Assembly: GCA_000992305.1 (NCBI GenBank)
Contig: LBTY01000008.1
Span: forward strand, 889-62,769
Length of the DNA stretch: 61,881 nucleotides
Direction: 5' to 3'
Source: a candidate division TM6 bacterium GW2011_GWF2_38_10
GTDB lineage: Bacteria > Babelota > Babeliae > Babelales > RVW-14
A program made the translations under genes and the position numbers. Positions 30,834-40,984 of the stretch are shown in pieces. The notes under the pieces were generated by a model. It was not told where the DNA came from, did no database searches, and saw only the letters and a list, made by a program, of their open reading frames with translations. Positions within the stretch are counted from its first letter, which is position 1. Every line of letters starts with the position of its first letter.

Positions 30834-32201
30834 CTAGTGCGTAAGCACGTGCAAAACATAATTAAGTGTTTTTTCACGCAAAACCGCTTCTTCTAAAAGG
30901 CTTGCATTAATAGGAGGCGTATGCTCATCAATACAATCAATACTTGGCTTAAAATAAACAAATTCCTTAAGACGCCTATGATTAAAAAGATGCAGATACT
31001 GATGCATATCCCGTACCTCAACAGAAATATTTTCCTGATATGCAATTTGATCCATCAAAACTTCTTCTCTCAGCTGTTTTTCAGCTAACAACTCAATAGA
31101 ATCATGAAAATCAGGTTGGGAACGATAAATCTGATAATCAGCTTGCCGAACAACACAATCCAAAATAGATTCTTGACGCCTAATAATTAAATGCTTAGGA
31201 ATCTCAAATCGATGCTTTGACATAAACAACCCAAACATATCCTCAATCGTTGTTTTGCGCTGCGAAAGCTCATTTCTAAACGAAAAAACTTCCATAAGTT
31301 TATTATGAACATCATTTTTATTTTTTAGTCGATAGGTCTGCTTAAAAAGTTCAACCGAAAAATGAGATCCTTTTACAATCGATATAACCGTTACACAAAA
31401 ATTGTAATACGGTGCGCTTTCATCATTTGAATATTCCTCAAGATCAAGCGCCTGTGTTACAAAAGAATCCCCAACACACTTGCCATACAACAATGAAGAA
31501 ATTTGGTCAGAAAGATCCTCAGGCTTAATTTTTATCCAAAAAAAACTTTTTATTGCCGCAGATAGCGACTGCTCCTGCTCATCAAGCAGACACGCCTCGA
31601 TACCAACCCAATCAGAAGCCTCAATTTCAAATACTTCACGTTTTTTATATACCACTGACTCCTGATCCATAAATTGCATTACTTGCTTGTCAAGGTCCTT
31701 ATACCGCTTTCGACGCGAAGCTTTAAACGAAAAATCCCGCCATTCTTTGAGCGAAAAAGGATCCGTTAATGAAACATCAAAGAAAAAAAATAAACTTTTT
31801 CCCGCAACATACTCAACATTTGCAAGCCGTGGCTGATTGGCATAGGGAATTTTTTGCGCAACCAGTTCCTGCATAAGACCATCAATAACATGATGATGTA
31901 AAAAAAAAGCTTTTATTTTTTTTGCAATTTCTGGACCAAATGTCTCTTCTAAAAATTCTTTAGGCGCAGCTTGATAATCAAACCCCTCTATTTTTTTTCG
32001 CTTAAAAAACAATACTGTTTGATCATAAACAAGAGCAACAACAGCCTGATTTATTTCTACACGAACCCTCATAAGATGAGAAGACATTGAAATAAATTTA
32101 AAACTCATAAGCTCCCCGCGTGATTGCGCGGGACGAGTACCTAACTCTGGCTGTGCTATACTTTCTAAATCAAAAGATTGTAGTGAGTTATTAACATCCA
32201 T
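30834..32201 (-). CDS. Divergent trigger factor-like protein
   Basis: Size and layout resemble Tig: IEGF...AP signature region, FKBP-like LYGKCVGDSF segment, C-terminal LREKTLNYVL. Confidence 0.65.
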   Translation of the reverse strand: MDVNNSLQSFDLESIAQPELGTRPAQSRGELMSFKFISMSSHLMRVRVEINQAVVALVYDQTVLFFKRKKIEGFDYQAAPKEFLEETFGPEIAKKIKAFFLHHHVIDGLMQELVAQKIPYANQPRLANVEYVAGKSLFFFFDVSLTDPFSLKEWRDFSFKASRRKRYKDLDKQVMQFMDQESVVYKKREVFEIEASDWVGIEACLLDEQEQSLSAAIKSFFWIKIKPEDLSDQISSLLYGKCVGDSFVTQALDLEEYSNDESAPYYNFCVTVISIVKGSHFSVELFKQTYRLKNKNDVHNKLMEVFSFRNELSQRKTTIEDMFGLFMSKHRFEIPKHLIIRRQESILDCVVRQADYQIYRSQPDFHDSIELLAEKQLREEVLMDQIAYQENISVEVRDMHQYLHLFNHRRLKEFVYFKPSIDCIDEHTPPINASLLEEAVLREKTLNYVLHVLTH

Positions 32202-32245
32202 CGCCTATCCTTTTTTTTGAAGTAATAAAGAAATAGCGGAGGACG

Positions 32246-32332
32246 TGGTGCAAGAGAGGGGACTCGAACCCCTATCCTCTTTCGAGGACTGGCTCCTAAG
32301 GCCAGCGCGTCTACCAATTTCGCCACCCTTGC
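32246..32332 (-). tRNA. tRNA-Leu(UAG)
   Basis: Cloverleaf with anticodon arm CTGGC-CTTAGGA-GCCAG, long variable arm, GTTCGAG and encoded CCA. Confidence 0.95.
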
Positions 32333-32438
32333 AAAACCATATTGACGAAAAAAAATACTCTAATTTTTTCAGCCCTCCTCAACATCCTTCAACTCTATAC
32401 AAAACGCATATAAAAAATCAAGATTTTTGTTGAAGACT

Positions 32439-32514
32439 TGGTGGGTCGCTAGGGACTCGAACCCTAAACCTGCAGATTAAGAGTCTGTTGCTCTACCAAT
32501 TGAGCTAGCAACCC
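32439..32514 (-). tRNA. tRNA-Lys(CUU)
   Basis: GGGTTGCTAGCTCAATTGGTAGAGC..., anticodon loop CTCTTAA, GTTCGAG and CCA. Confidence 0.95.
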
Positions 32515-32679
32515 GTACGCCAAAAAACGTGTGATGGTAGAATTTTAACAGAATACCTCAGAAAATAAAGTTATTTTTTATATTTTTTTACACCTGCATA
32601 AAACTTTATGATAAACTACATACTCATAATTTACTTGAGATGAAAATTATAGCACTTATAACCAATAAGGTCAGAGCAC

Positions 32680-33726
32680 ATGATTGAAAAAAAAGATCTT
32701 GATGGACCTGTAGAACTTTTAAGCATGCAAGAAACAACAGATGACTTTGCAACTATTTTTGAGCCAAGTTGTTTTGACGATTATCTGGGACAACATGAGG
32801 TCAAAAATAAAATTAAAGTCTTTGTTACTGCATCAAAAATGCGCGGCGACCCGCTTGACCATATGCTTCTCTTTGGCCCTCCTGGCCTTGGTAAAACAAC
32901 ACTCGCCAAAATTATGGCCAAGGAGCTCAACGTTCCCTTTCGCATAACCAGTGCGCCGATATTGGAACGCACGGGAGATTTGGTTGCCATACTTTCAAGC
33001 ATTACCGCACGCGAGATTTTATTTATCGATGAAATTCATCGCCTACCTAAAAACGTTGAAGAAATTTTATATAGCGCCATGGAAAATTTTTGTGTTGACG
33101 TCATTATCGGTCAAGGCGCAGGTGCTAAATCAATTCGTCTTCCACTGCAACCCTTTACGCTTATTGGGGCAACCACCAAAACATCGTTGATATCAGGCCC
33201 TCTGCAAACACGCTTTGGTATTGTTGAGCGACTCGATTTTTACCAACCAGAAGACCTTGCGCACATTGTTATGCAAAATGCGGATTTTATGGGAATTCCA
33301 TGTCTACCAGAGGCCGCACTTACCATCGGACAACGTGCTCGAGGCACCCCACGAATTGTCAAACGTATCATCCGACGCGTTCGCGATTTTGCACAAGTTC
33401 ATAACTATAATATTATTGATACAACCGTAGTTAACCAAGCACTCACCTTTTTAGGCATCGACGAAGATGGCCTTAACAAACTTGATCGTGCCATCCTTAC
33501 ACACATATTGCAAGATTTTGACGGCGGCCCTGTAGGCCTTGACACACTTGCCGCCATGACTGGAGAAGACAAAGAATCTATCGAAGATGTATGCGAGCCC
33601 TTTCTCTTACGCATTGGACTCTTGCAAAAATCACCACGCGGACGCCAAATTCCTGCAAAAAAAATTCCCTATCTCCGTCGCAAGCTCTTGGGGCAAATAA
33701 CCCCAGAACAAAGTGAACTTTTTTAA
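32680..33726 (+). CDS. ruvB: Holliday junction branch migration helicase RuvB
   Basis: GPPGLGKTT, FIDEIHRL, FTLIGATT, RGTPR and GGPVG motifs. Confidence 0.97.
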   Translation: MIEKKDLDGPVELLSMQETTDDFATIFEPSCFDDYLGQHEVKNKIKVFVTASKMRGDPLDHMLLFGPPGLGKTTLAKIMAKELNVPFRITSAPILERTGDLVAILSSITAREILFIDEIHRLPKNVEEILYSAMENFCVDVIIGQGAGAKSIRLPLQPFTLIGATTKTSLISGPLQTRFGIVERLDFYQPEDLAHIVMQNADFMGIPCLPEAALTIGQRARGTPRIVKRIIRRVRDFAQVHNYNIIDTTVVNQALTFLGIDEDGLNKLDRAILTHILQDFDGGPVGLDTLAAMTGEDKESIEDVCEPFLLRIGLLQKSPRGRQIPAKKIPYLRRKLLGQITPEQSELF

Positions 33727-33952
33727 AAAAAGGACGATCATGCTTATGACCATAGCCCTCACACTTTTTTTTGTGACACTGCTTACCATAATCCTATCCC
33801 TCAGACAAATCCAACGCATCAAACAGTTTTACAAACAACTACCACCGTCCATCATTGTTCCTGCGAAAAAAATATACCACCAAAACCCCTTGCAAAAAAA
33901 CTATGCTCCACATCACGCTTCAAGCACCCAACAACAGCAACAAAAAACATAA
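33713..33952 (+). CDS. Small hypothetical membrane-anchored protein
   Basis: Single hydrophobic N-terminal helix; overlaps the ruvB stop; exact start uncertain. Confidence 0.45.
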   Translation: MNFFKKRTIMLMTIALTLFFVTLLTIILSLRQIQRIKQFYKQLPPSIIVPAKKIYHQNPLQKNYAPHHASSTQQQQQKT

Positions 33953-33984
33953 GAGGTTCAGACACTCAAAAAACCTTACGAATA

Positions 33985-35178
33985 TCATTCATCATTTTTT
34001 TCTAAATGCTCAATAAGATCACCTGACAATTGCCATCCCATAATAGTACCCTGCGAACGCTTTTGAGTTTCATTGCCACCATAAATAACATAACCATCTT
34101 CTGGACTCGTTTGTGCTATGCTCTTCCACTTTGTAAGGCTATCAAAATAGTTAGTAACAATTGTTTGCCCCGATTTAACCTCTATAGGGACAAGCGTATT
34201 GCCTTGATTAATAAGACAATCTACTTCAATCAAACCATTTTTATCACGCCAAAAATAGAGCGGAGCTTTGGTTCCACGATTGTAATACTGCTTATAAAAA
34301 TCAGCAATTATCAAAGATTCAAAAAGATGCCCCCGAAAAGGACTTAACGCTACTGTTTCTGGATTTTTTAGCTCAAGTAAAGAACAAGCCAGCCCTGTAT
34401 CATAAAAATAAATCTTTGGCGTTTTGGTAACCCTCTTATTAAAATTTTCATGAAATGGCTGTAACAAAAAAATAATATAGCTTGCTTGTAAAATTGAAAG
34501 CCACTTATCTGCCGTTCTATTGTTAATTCCGCAATTAGTTGCAATGTCAGAAATATTAAGGAGCTGCCCAATCCTCCCCGCACACAGTTGCATAAACTTT
34601 TGAAACGTTCTTAAATTTTCAACGTTAACTAATTGCCGAATATCCCTTTCAACATACGAATGAATATACGAAGGATAAAGCTCCTCAGGTTCAAACTGTG
34701 ATGTAAAAATTCTAGGATAACTTCCTTTGCATAACAATTCATCAACCGATTGCGGCAATTGATTATTAAAAGCAAGTTCCGAAATTGAAAATGGCAACAA
34801 GGTCAAAATCCCAATTCTACCAGCCAAAGATTGCGTAATAGCCTCATTCATTAAAAAATTTTGTGACCCTGTTACTACAAAATATCCCGGGCGATCTTTT
34901 TCATCAGCTATGAGTTGAACATACGAAAGAATGTGAGGAATATATTGAAATTCATCTAAAATAATCCCATAATCATTTTCATAAATATCAAAAAACCTTT
35001 TAGGATCGCTTACGGCAAGCTCTCGCGTCTCTGGATCTTCAAAATTTAAATACTTATGATTTTTAAAAATTGATTTAACAAGCGTTGTTTTTCCCGACTG
35101 CCGAGGCCCAAAAATCCCAACAACAGGAAACTTTGCATAACGCAATAACGCTTTTTTTATTTTCCGCTCTAAAAACAT
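33985..35178 (-). CDS. AAA_14 / DUF4143 ATP-binding protein
   Basis: GPRQSGKTT, LDEFQ, TGSQ, SLAGR, KIYFYDTGL and EVD...IEVK motifs. Confidence 0.92.
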   Translation of the reverse strand: MFLERKIKKALLRYAKFPVVGIFGPRQSGKTTLVKSIFKNHKYLNFEDPETRELAVSDPKRFFDIYENDYGIILDEFQYIPHILSYVQLIADEKDRPGYFVVTGSQNFLMNEAITQSLAGRIGILTLLPFSISELAFNNQLPQSVDELLCKGSYPRIFTSQFEPEELYPSYIHSYVERDIRQLVNVENLRTFQKFMQLCAGRIGQLLNISDIATNCGINNRTADKWLSILQASYIIFLLQPFHENFNKRVTKTPKIYFYDTGLACSLLELKNPETVALSPFRGHLFESLIIADFYKQYYNRGTKAPLYFWRDKNGLIEVDCLINQGNTLVPIEVKSGQTIVTNYFDSLTKWKSIAQTSPEDGYVIYGGNETQKRSQGTIMGWQLSGDLIEHLEKNDE

Positions 35179-35193
35179 ATTTTTAAACTCCCG

Positions 35194-35225
35194 TGCTATT
35201 TATGTAGTTAACTACATAAATAGCA
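35194..35225. repeat. 32-bp perfect palindrome, copy 1
   Basis: TGCTATTTATGTAGTT|AACTACATAAATAGCA. Confidence 0.95.
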
Positions 35226-35319
35226 TAACATTTTTAGCCGTAAAAACCTAAGCCCACGCTAAATTGTATAATTTTCCCCCTAAAATAGAGAAAATAACGA
35301 ATAGATCAAAACCCAAAAA

Positions 35320-35365
35320 GAATTCGTGCTATTTATGTAGTCAACTACATAAATAGCACGAATTC
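35320..35365. repeat. 46-bp palindrome with the same core, copy 2
   Basis: GAATTCGTGCTATTTATGTAGT-CA-ACTACATAAATAGCACGAATTC. Confidence 0.95.
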
Positions 35366-35391
35366 GTCAAATCAATTGATCAGATCGCTCA

Positions 35392-36135
35392 TTAGATAAA
35401 CGGAAGCCCATACTCCTTGGCAAACCGATCCAAGGTGTATCGCAGCTGCTTAGTCCACAAAGGACTAAACCACTCCGAATCTCTCATCTTTTGTTGTTGT
35501 ACAAAACGTTCTATTTGCTTACACACCGCCATGCGATCAACGTTATGATAAAAGGTTGAAAAAATATGCTCAACCCCATTATGATCAACAACCACACGAT
35601 AACGCCCCCAGCGCGAAAAATTACGATCAGAACAGACACCATCGCGAGTTATGGTGTATTGGAAAGACCCAATTTCAACCTCACATGCCAATCCACTATC
35701 GGCGTCAAAATAAATAATTTCCCCAGGAATATTCCACACATTTACATCGCCAGGAAACCGATCGGTCCCCGCAAGATTAAGATTTTGAAAAAGCAGAGTA
35801 TCAACACCCCAGGAGAACGTTTTATAAAAATAATCTTTATTATATTTATCGGTCACAAGATGTTTATAACCATGCATTTTACCAAGCAAGGCAAACTCAC
35901 GTTGCAAATCATAAAAATATGAACCAAGCGAGCGGTCATAACTAAACTGAGATGGTATTTGTTTTCTATATTTTGGCTTTGTCGGTATTTTATATAAACG
36001 AATAAGATTATAATTTGTATCGTGCAAAAAATTTGTTGAATCAAAAATAGTCACATACCGATCATCCTCGACAATAATAGGAGCACAGATTATCGATTGA
36101 GTTATCAAAAGCCCTAGTAACACAATCTTTTTCAT
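35392..36135 (-). CDS. Exported hypothetical protein
   Basis: Signal peptide MKKIVLLGLLITQSIICA; strong GGGGAGGG ribosome-binding site upstream. Confidence 0.75.
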   Translation of the reverse strand: MKKIVLLGLLITQSIICAPIIVEDDRYVTIFDSTNFLHDTNYNLIRLYKIPTKPKYRKQIPSQFSYDRSLGSYFYDLQREFALLGKMHGYKHLVTDKYNKDYFYKTFSWGVDTLLFQNLNLAGTDRFPGDVNVWNIPGEIIYFDADSGLACEVEIGSFQYTITRDGVCSDRNFSRWGRYRVVVDHNGVEHIFSTFYHNVDRMAVCKQIERFVQQQKMRDSEWFSPLWTKQLRYTLDRFAKEYGLPFI

Positions 36136-36296
36136 GATCCCCTCCCCGTTTATTATGGGTTAAAAAAAATAAGCACAATATTATCCTTGCGCATTCAATC
36201 ACCATAAGTCAACAATTGATAAAAAAGTAGATATCGTGATACACTAACAAAAATAAAAAGCCGCGCAAAAATTATGCGAAAGGATTTACAAACACC

Positions 36297-37502
36297 ATGA
36301 ACTATAAAAAATTTTTCTTTAATTTTTTTTTAATCAGTGCCCTTACAAGCATAAGTTATATCACATATCATTTTTTCTATCCCCCTAAAAAACAACAACT
36401 TTTTACCACCGAACAACCACAGCGCCGCACCATAAAATATAAAATTACCAGCACAGGGATATTAGAAATAAAAAATACCTATAAAATTGGTTGCCAGCTT
36501 CCCGGTATCATAAAAGAATTATACGTCCACGAAAACGATATCGTTAAAAAAGGAGATATTTTAGCGCGTATAGAAACAGGCAAAGAAGACAAAGACGTTC
36601 AACACGCCCACCACAATCTTGAGCGCGCTAAGCAAGAAGCTGCCTATCAAAAAGCTTATTTTAAACGACAAAAAGCTCTTTTTGATGCGGGACAATTGGC
36701 ACAAAATGCATTTGATAAAATTCGTGCCGACTATCAAAAAGCACGAGAAGAAGAAAACATGGCAAAAATTAACCTCGAAAAAACACAACTGGAATATGGG
36801 CTTATAGCCATAAAATCTCCCTGCGATGGGTTTGTAACAGCGGTGCAAGTGAGTGTCGGCGCCTCTGTTATGAATGACTTTCAAAATATCTTATTTGAAA
36901 TTGCCCACAACATAACACAAATGAAGGCAATTTTTGATATTGATGAAAGTGACATTGGAGATATTCAACCAGGCCTGCCCGTCAAAATAATCATCAATGC
37001 ATTTCCCGAACAACCTATTATCGCAACGCTCCATGAAATAAACTACGCCCCTAAAGGTACTAAAAATAACGATGAAACAACAACGTACAAAGCAACTGTT
37101 TTTATCGACAATACCGATCGTCGCCTACGCCCCGGTATGCGTCTTACCGCTCACATTCTCGTTAGAAAAGAAGCAAACGCACTCAGCTTAAGCGGTATGC
37201 CCTTTCAAATAAACTCTGACACCATGGGCATAATAGCACAACAAATGAAGCTCTCCTTTTCTCCGATAAGCAAAGAAGAAAAAGCGTCTTTCAAAAAAAA
37301 GCACCCGTTGCATCAACGCAAAAGTGTATTTTTGGTCCACGAACAATCGATAACAGACCAGCTTGTTGCGATGGGAATTAATAATACAAGCCACTGGCAC
37401 ATTATAGATGGACTTGATGAATCAGACATTGTGGTTAAAGATATTGCCGCCGCAAATGAACTAGAAAAACTTTATAAAGACTGGTTTAAAGGGAGCCTAT
37501 AA
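36297..37502 (+). CDS. Efflux periplasmic adaptor subunit (MacA-like)
   Basis: N-terminal membrane anchor, lipoyl-like VKKGDILA and IKSPCDG segments, IDESDI and LRPGM. Confidence 0.88.
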   Translation: MNYKKFFFNFFLISALTSISYITYHFFYPPKKQQLFTTEQPQRRTIKYKITSTGILEIKNTYKIGCQLPGIIKELYVHENDIVKKGDILARIETGKEDKDVQHAHHNLERAKQEAAYQKAYFKRQKALFDAGQLAQNAFDKIRADYQKAREEENMAKINLEKTQLEYGLIAIKSPCDGFVTAVQVSVGASVMNDFQNILFEIAHNITQMKAIFDIDESDIGDIQPGLPVKIIINAFPEQPIIATLHEINYAPKGTKNNDETTTYKATVFIDNTDRRLRPGMRLTAHILVRKEANALSLSGMPFQINSDTMGIIAQQMKLSFSPISKEEKASFKKKHPLHQRKSVFLVHEQSITDQLVAMGINNTSHWHIIDGLDESDIVVKDIAAANELEKLYKDWFKGSL

Positions 37503-37503
37503 C

Positions 37504-38736
37504 ATGAACTCAATGGTATTAATCACCACGGCGCTCCGAGCCATGTTTCACCATATTGGACGCTCCTTACTTACGACGCTTGGCATAACGATTGGCGTCG
37601 CCTCCCTTGTTGCAATGCTCGCACTCGGCTCCGGTGCAAAAGAAAAAATGAGTAGAGAAATTCTTGCGATAGGGAACAATTCAATCTACATCAGCGCAGG
37701 TAATATTATGGATATTGGAAAAGCATCGAAAAAAAAATCAATCATCAAGCCATTAACCAATAATGATGTCCACGCACTCAAACAACAATGCCCACTTCTT
37801 GCATACGCTTCACTAACAACATCTCGTACCGTTGTTTGTGAATACCAAGGAGCTTCCGCTTCTATTGAACTAAAAGCAGGAAATCATGAACTATTTCCTA
37901 TCCTCAATCGCAAAATGAGCTCTGGCTTTTTTTTTACCGAACTTCACAATCAAAAAAGCATACGCGTAATTGTTATGGGAAGCAAAGCAACGAGCCAGCT
38001 CTTTGGTTTTTCTAACCCACTGGGGAAAAATGTTATCATTAATAACATTCCATTTGTAGTAATTGGGGTGTTACAACCGCTTGAAAACCAAATGAGTAAT
38101 CCATTTTATGACGCTAACAATGACTGTTTTATTCCATTTACAGCATATAAAAAATATATTGAAAAATCCTACAATGACCATGGAAGAGACATTATTGCCT
38201 CAACCTATCGTGCTCAAGATATGCCCACCGCAGTAATTCAATGTTCAAAAATTCTTAAAATACAACACAATAAAGGCCCTCATGACCCCAATGATTTTAC
38301 TATTTTTGACCAACAATCCATGCTCAATGCGGCTAAAAAAAGCGCTGACATTTTTACGCTTTTTTTATTTTTTGTTGCCGCCATTGCCCTATTGGTTGGC
38401 GGCATCGGCGTTATGAACATCATGTCGGTTACGGTTCAAGAACGAACTAAAGAAATAGGCATTCGCATGGCCATTGGCGCTACGCAAAAAAATATTCTTT
38501 TACAATTTTTGTACGAATCTCTTTTACTGTGCCTGGCGGGCGGCATTTTGGGAATAGCTCTTGGCACCATAATCCCATTAATCATTGCAAAATTTACTGG
38601 CTGGGGAGTAATTATAACCCCCTTGAGCATCGTTATCGCTTTTGGAGCAATGATGGCTGTTGGCATTATTTTTGGTTTTTACCCTGCATATAAAGCCGCA
38701 AACCTTAATCCTGTGCAGGCCCTTGAAGATCGCTAG
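37504..38736 (+). CDS. ABC transporter permease (MacB/FtsX family, no fused ATPase)
   Basis: RSLLTTLGITIGV, GGIGVMNIM, ERTKEIGIRMAIGA and YPAYKAA motifs. Confidence 0.92.
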   Translation: MNSMVLITTALRAMFHHIGRSLLTTLGITIGVASLVAMLALGSGAKEKMSREILAIGNNSIYISAGNIMDIGKASKKKSIIKPLTNNDVHALKQQCPLLAYASLTTSRTVVCEYQGASASIELKAGNHELFPILNRKMSSGFFFTELHNQKSIRVIVMGSKATSQLFGFSNPLGKNVIINNIPFVVIGVLQPLENQMSNPFYDANNDCFIPFTAYKKYIEKSYNDHGRDIIASTYRAQDMPTAVIQCSKILKIQHNKGPHDPNDFTIFDQQSMLNAAKKSADIFTLFLFFVAAIALLVGGIGVMNIMSVTVQERTKEIGIRMAIGATQKNILLQFLYESLLLCLAGGILGIALGTIIPLIIAKFTGWGVIITPLSIVIAFGAMMAVGIIFGFYPAYKAANLNPVQALEDR

Positions 38737-38780
38737 CACCATAACTATCGCATGTCATTTAAAAACAGTAACCTACTACC

Positions 38781-39626
38781 CTAATAATATTCACTAATAA
38801 AACATATCCCTTTTTTACCAGGATTTTTGTTCTTCCACTCTTCTAGCAAGGCTATACATTTTGTGCGCTGTTCAATATTTCTCGTTATTAATGCAGCATC
38901 AACCGTAATATGAGTCCGCAAAAAATCATATTGATTTGCCAAGAAAAAAACATTGGCCCCAGCACCATTGGTAATAAATGGATTTACCTCTTTTTTTGAT
39001 AACAACAATGCAATCATTTCAGGATTATTGTATTTTATTGCACAATGCAATGGTGTATTACCATCACAATCTTGTACCGCAACGCTCGCACCCGCATCAA
39101 GCAATAACGTTGCAAGTTCAACATTGTCATTTTTTAAAGTATAATACAAAGGGGTTTTTCCGTAACTATCTTTAACATCAACCTCAAACCCTTCATGTAA
39201 CAACATATCTACCAATGCAAAAATCCCAAAATCAACGGCAAAAAAAAGCGGATTTTCATTACCTATGGATAATGAACGCAAAGAAACTTCGGCAATATTG
39301 AAAGTACTTAAAACACATGTCTTAAGCAATGCATCTTCATGATTACGAATAGCTGAAAGGAAATATTTGCTAACAGGATGTACTAAAAAGTCATTAGTGC
39401 TGATGGTGCGCGGCAAATAACCAGTATGCCGTAATAATCTCTCAATTTTATTTTTTAACGTTAAACAAGCCTCTTTATTGGCTTGCATATCTTCGAAGCT
39501 TACACATAGTTGAGTACGTTGCAACTTTTCTAATTTCATAGCACAACAAGGTAAATAGAAGGCAATCACCATTAACCATACATACTTATTTTTTTTGATA
39601 TCCATCGTAGAATCTCCCTCTACCAT
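38781..39626 (-). CDS. Ankyrin repeat protein, probably exported
   Basis: GKTPLYY, GNTPLHCA and ENPLFFA repeats; hydrophobic N-terminus. Confidence 0.88.
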   Translation of the reverse strand: MVEGDSTMDIKKNKYVWLMVIAFYLPCCAMKLEKLQRTQLCVSFEDMQANKEACLTLKNKIERLLRHTGYLPRTISTNDFLVHPVSKYFLSAIRNHEDALLKTCVLSTFNIAEVSLRSLSIGNENPLFFAVDFGIFALVDMLLHEGFEVDVKDSYGKTPLYYTLKNDNVELATLLLDAGASVAVQDCDGNTPLHCAIKYNNPEMIALLLSKKEVNPFITNGAGANVFFLANQYDFLRTHITVDAALITRNIEQRTKCIALLEEWKNKNPGKKGICFISEYY

Positions 39627-39628
39627 AT

Positions 39629-40597
39629 TTATAGTAAAACACCTACAACTCGTTTGATAATTGTATCAATTGGCTCTTGGCTAATAAATCCAGCAGCATT
39701 TTTATGCCCTCCTCCACCAAATTGCCGAGCAACAGCATTAACATCATAACGCTTTGACCGCAATGAGCACTTAATATTGCCATTCTCCATTTCATAAAAT
39801 AACACAGAAACATCCACTAACGAAATGTGTGATAAAAAATTATGAAACCCCACAAGCGCCGGCAAATGAATGTTATAATGTTGTAAATCACCTTGCCGAA
39901 CAACGGCATAGACAGCTTTTTCGTTATCCGTTACCACAACCGAGCTCAACACCTTCCCCCACAAAGCAATAACGTGGGGATCTTTATGTGCTATAAGTTC
40001 AGTTTTTAATGCATATAGATCAGCTCCTTTATGCATAAGTTCAGCGGCAATAGTAAGCGTTTGCGCCGTGGTTGCTTGTGTTTGAAAAATTTGACTATCA
40101 TATAAAATTCCATACAAAAGCAACTCTGCAATCGTTGTATCAATGCACTCGGGAGCCAAAATCTTCAAAATGAGGTACAAAAGCTCGCACGTACTTGACC
40201 ATTCAAAGGCAACAAAGTTATACACACCATCAATACTATTACTCACATGATGATCAATATTAATCAATGGGATACCTTTAAATGCGTCGGGGTAATAAGC
40301 TCGATCGTAATTTGCCGTATCACATATGATAATCAAATCAGGATGCTGTCGATGTTCATTAATATAAACCGTTTTTGGTTGACGCGTAAACGCAAATTCT
40401 GGAGCACTAGGATAAATAGTCTCAACAAATTTTCCTTTTTGTAAAAAAAGATGCTCAAGGGCAGCACAAGCAGCAATTCCATCACCATCAGGCTTAAAAT
40501 GCGTTAACAAGGTAATTCGCTGTGCTGCTTGCACCTTGCTCCACGCCGCCCCCAACCGATCCTTATTCAAAATATCATCTTGCGAATGACAAACCAT
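39629..40597 (-). CDS. nrnA: DHH-family oligoribonuclease/PAP phosphatase
   Basis: HFKPDGD, IDHH, SLRS and GGGGHKNAAG motifs. Confidence 0.9.
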   Translation of the reverse strand: MVCHSQDDILNKDRLGAAWSKVQAAQRITLLTHFKPDGDGIAACAALEHLFLQKGKFVETIYPSAPEFAFTRQPKTVYINEHRQHPDLIIICDTANYDRAYYPDAFKGIPLINIDHHVSNSIDGVYNFVAFEWSSTCELLYLILKILAPECIDTTIAELLLYGILYDSQIFQTQATTAQTLTIAAELMHKGADLYALKTELIAHKDPHVIALWGKVLSSVVVTDNEKAVYAVVRQGDLQHYNIHLPALVGFHNFLSHISLVDVSVLFYEMENGNIKCSLRSKRYDVNAVARQFGGGGHKNAAGFISQEPIDTIIKRVVGVLL

Positions 40598-40984
40598 ACT
40601 ATTTCCTTATGCTATGTCGACGTTATACTTTTCACGTACACCTTGAAACAAAAAACGCTCATCCCCACCCCAGAAGCATCAATAAAAGGGGAACTTAGAT
40701 AAACCCATGCGTTTGACAATTATACAAATATCCCCTAATCTGAAGTCAATAAATTTAAATTTGACATATGTTTTTTGATTACACAACCTGTAAACTCCTA
40801 ATTGAATTTTAAGGTTTTTTAGCACATATGTCCTTGTAACAACCCAAAAGTATATAGGAAAACGTTACAAAACAAAAACCTAAATATTGTGAGAATTCAC
40901 GTGTTATTTACGCAAAAATTATAGTAAGCAGATGCTATAATTTTTAGCATGACATAATAAAAACTTTAAGGTAAGGGAACGATT

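Noticed and set aside
35194-35365. Possible CRISPR mini-array
   Set aside because: Only two repeats, a spacer of about 100 nt, and no cas genes in the window.
32246-36135. tRNA-anchored integrated element
   Set aside because: No integrase, and I saw no duplicated tRNA 3' end.
40598-40984. Possible replication origin in the long AT-rich intergenic region
   Set aside because: No cluster of TTATCCACA-type boxes, no dnaA nearby, and no visible change in strand skew.
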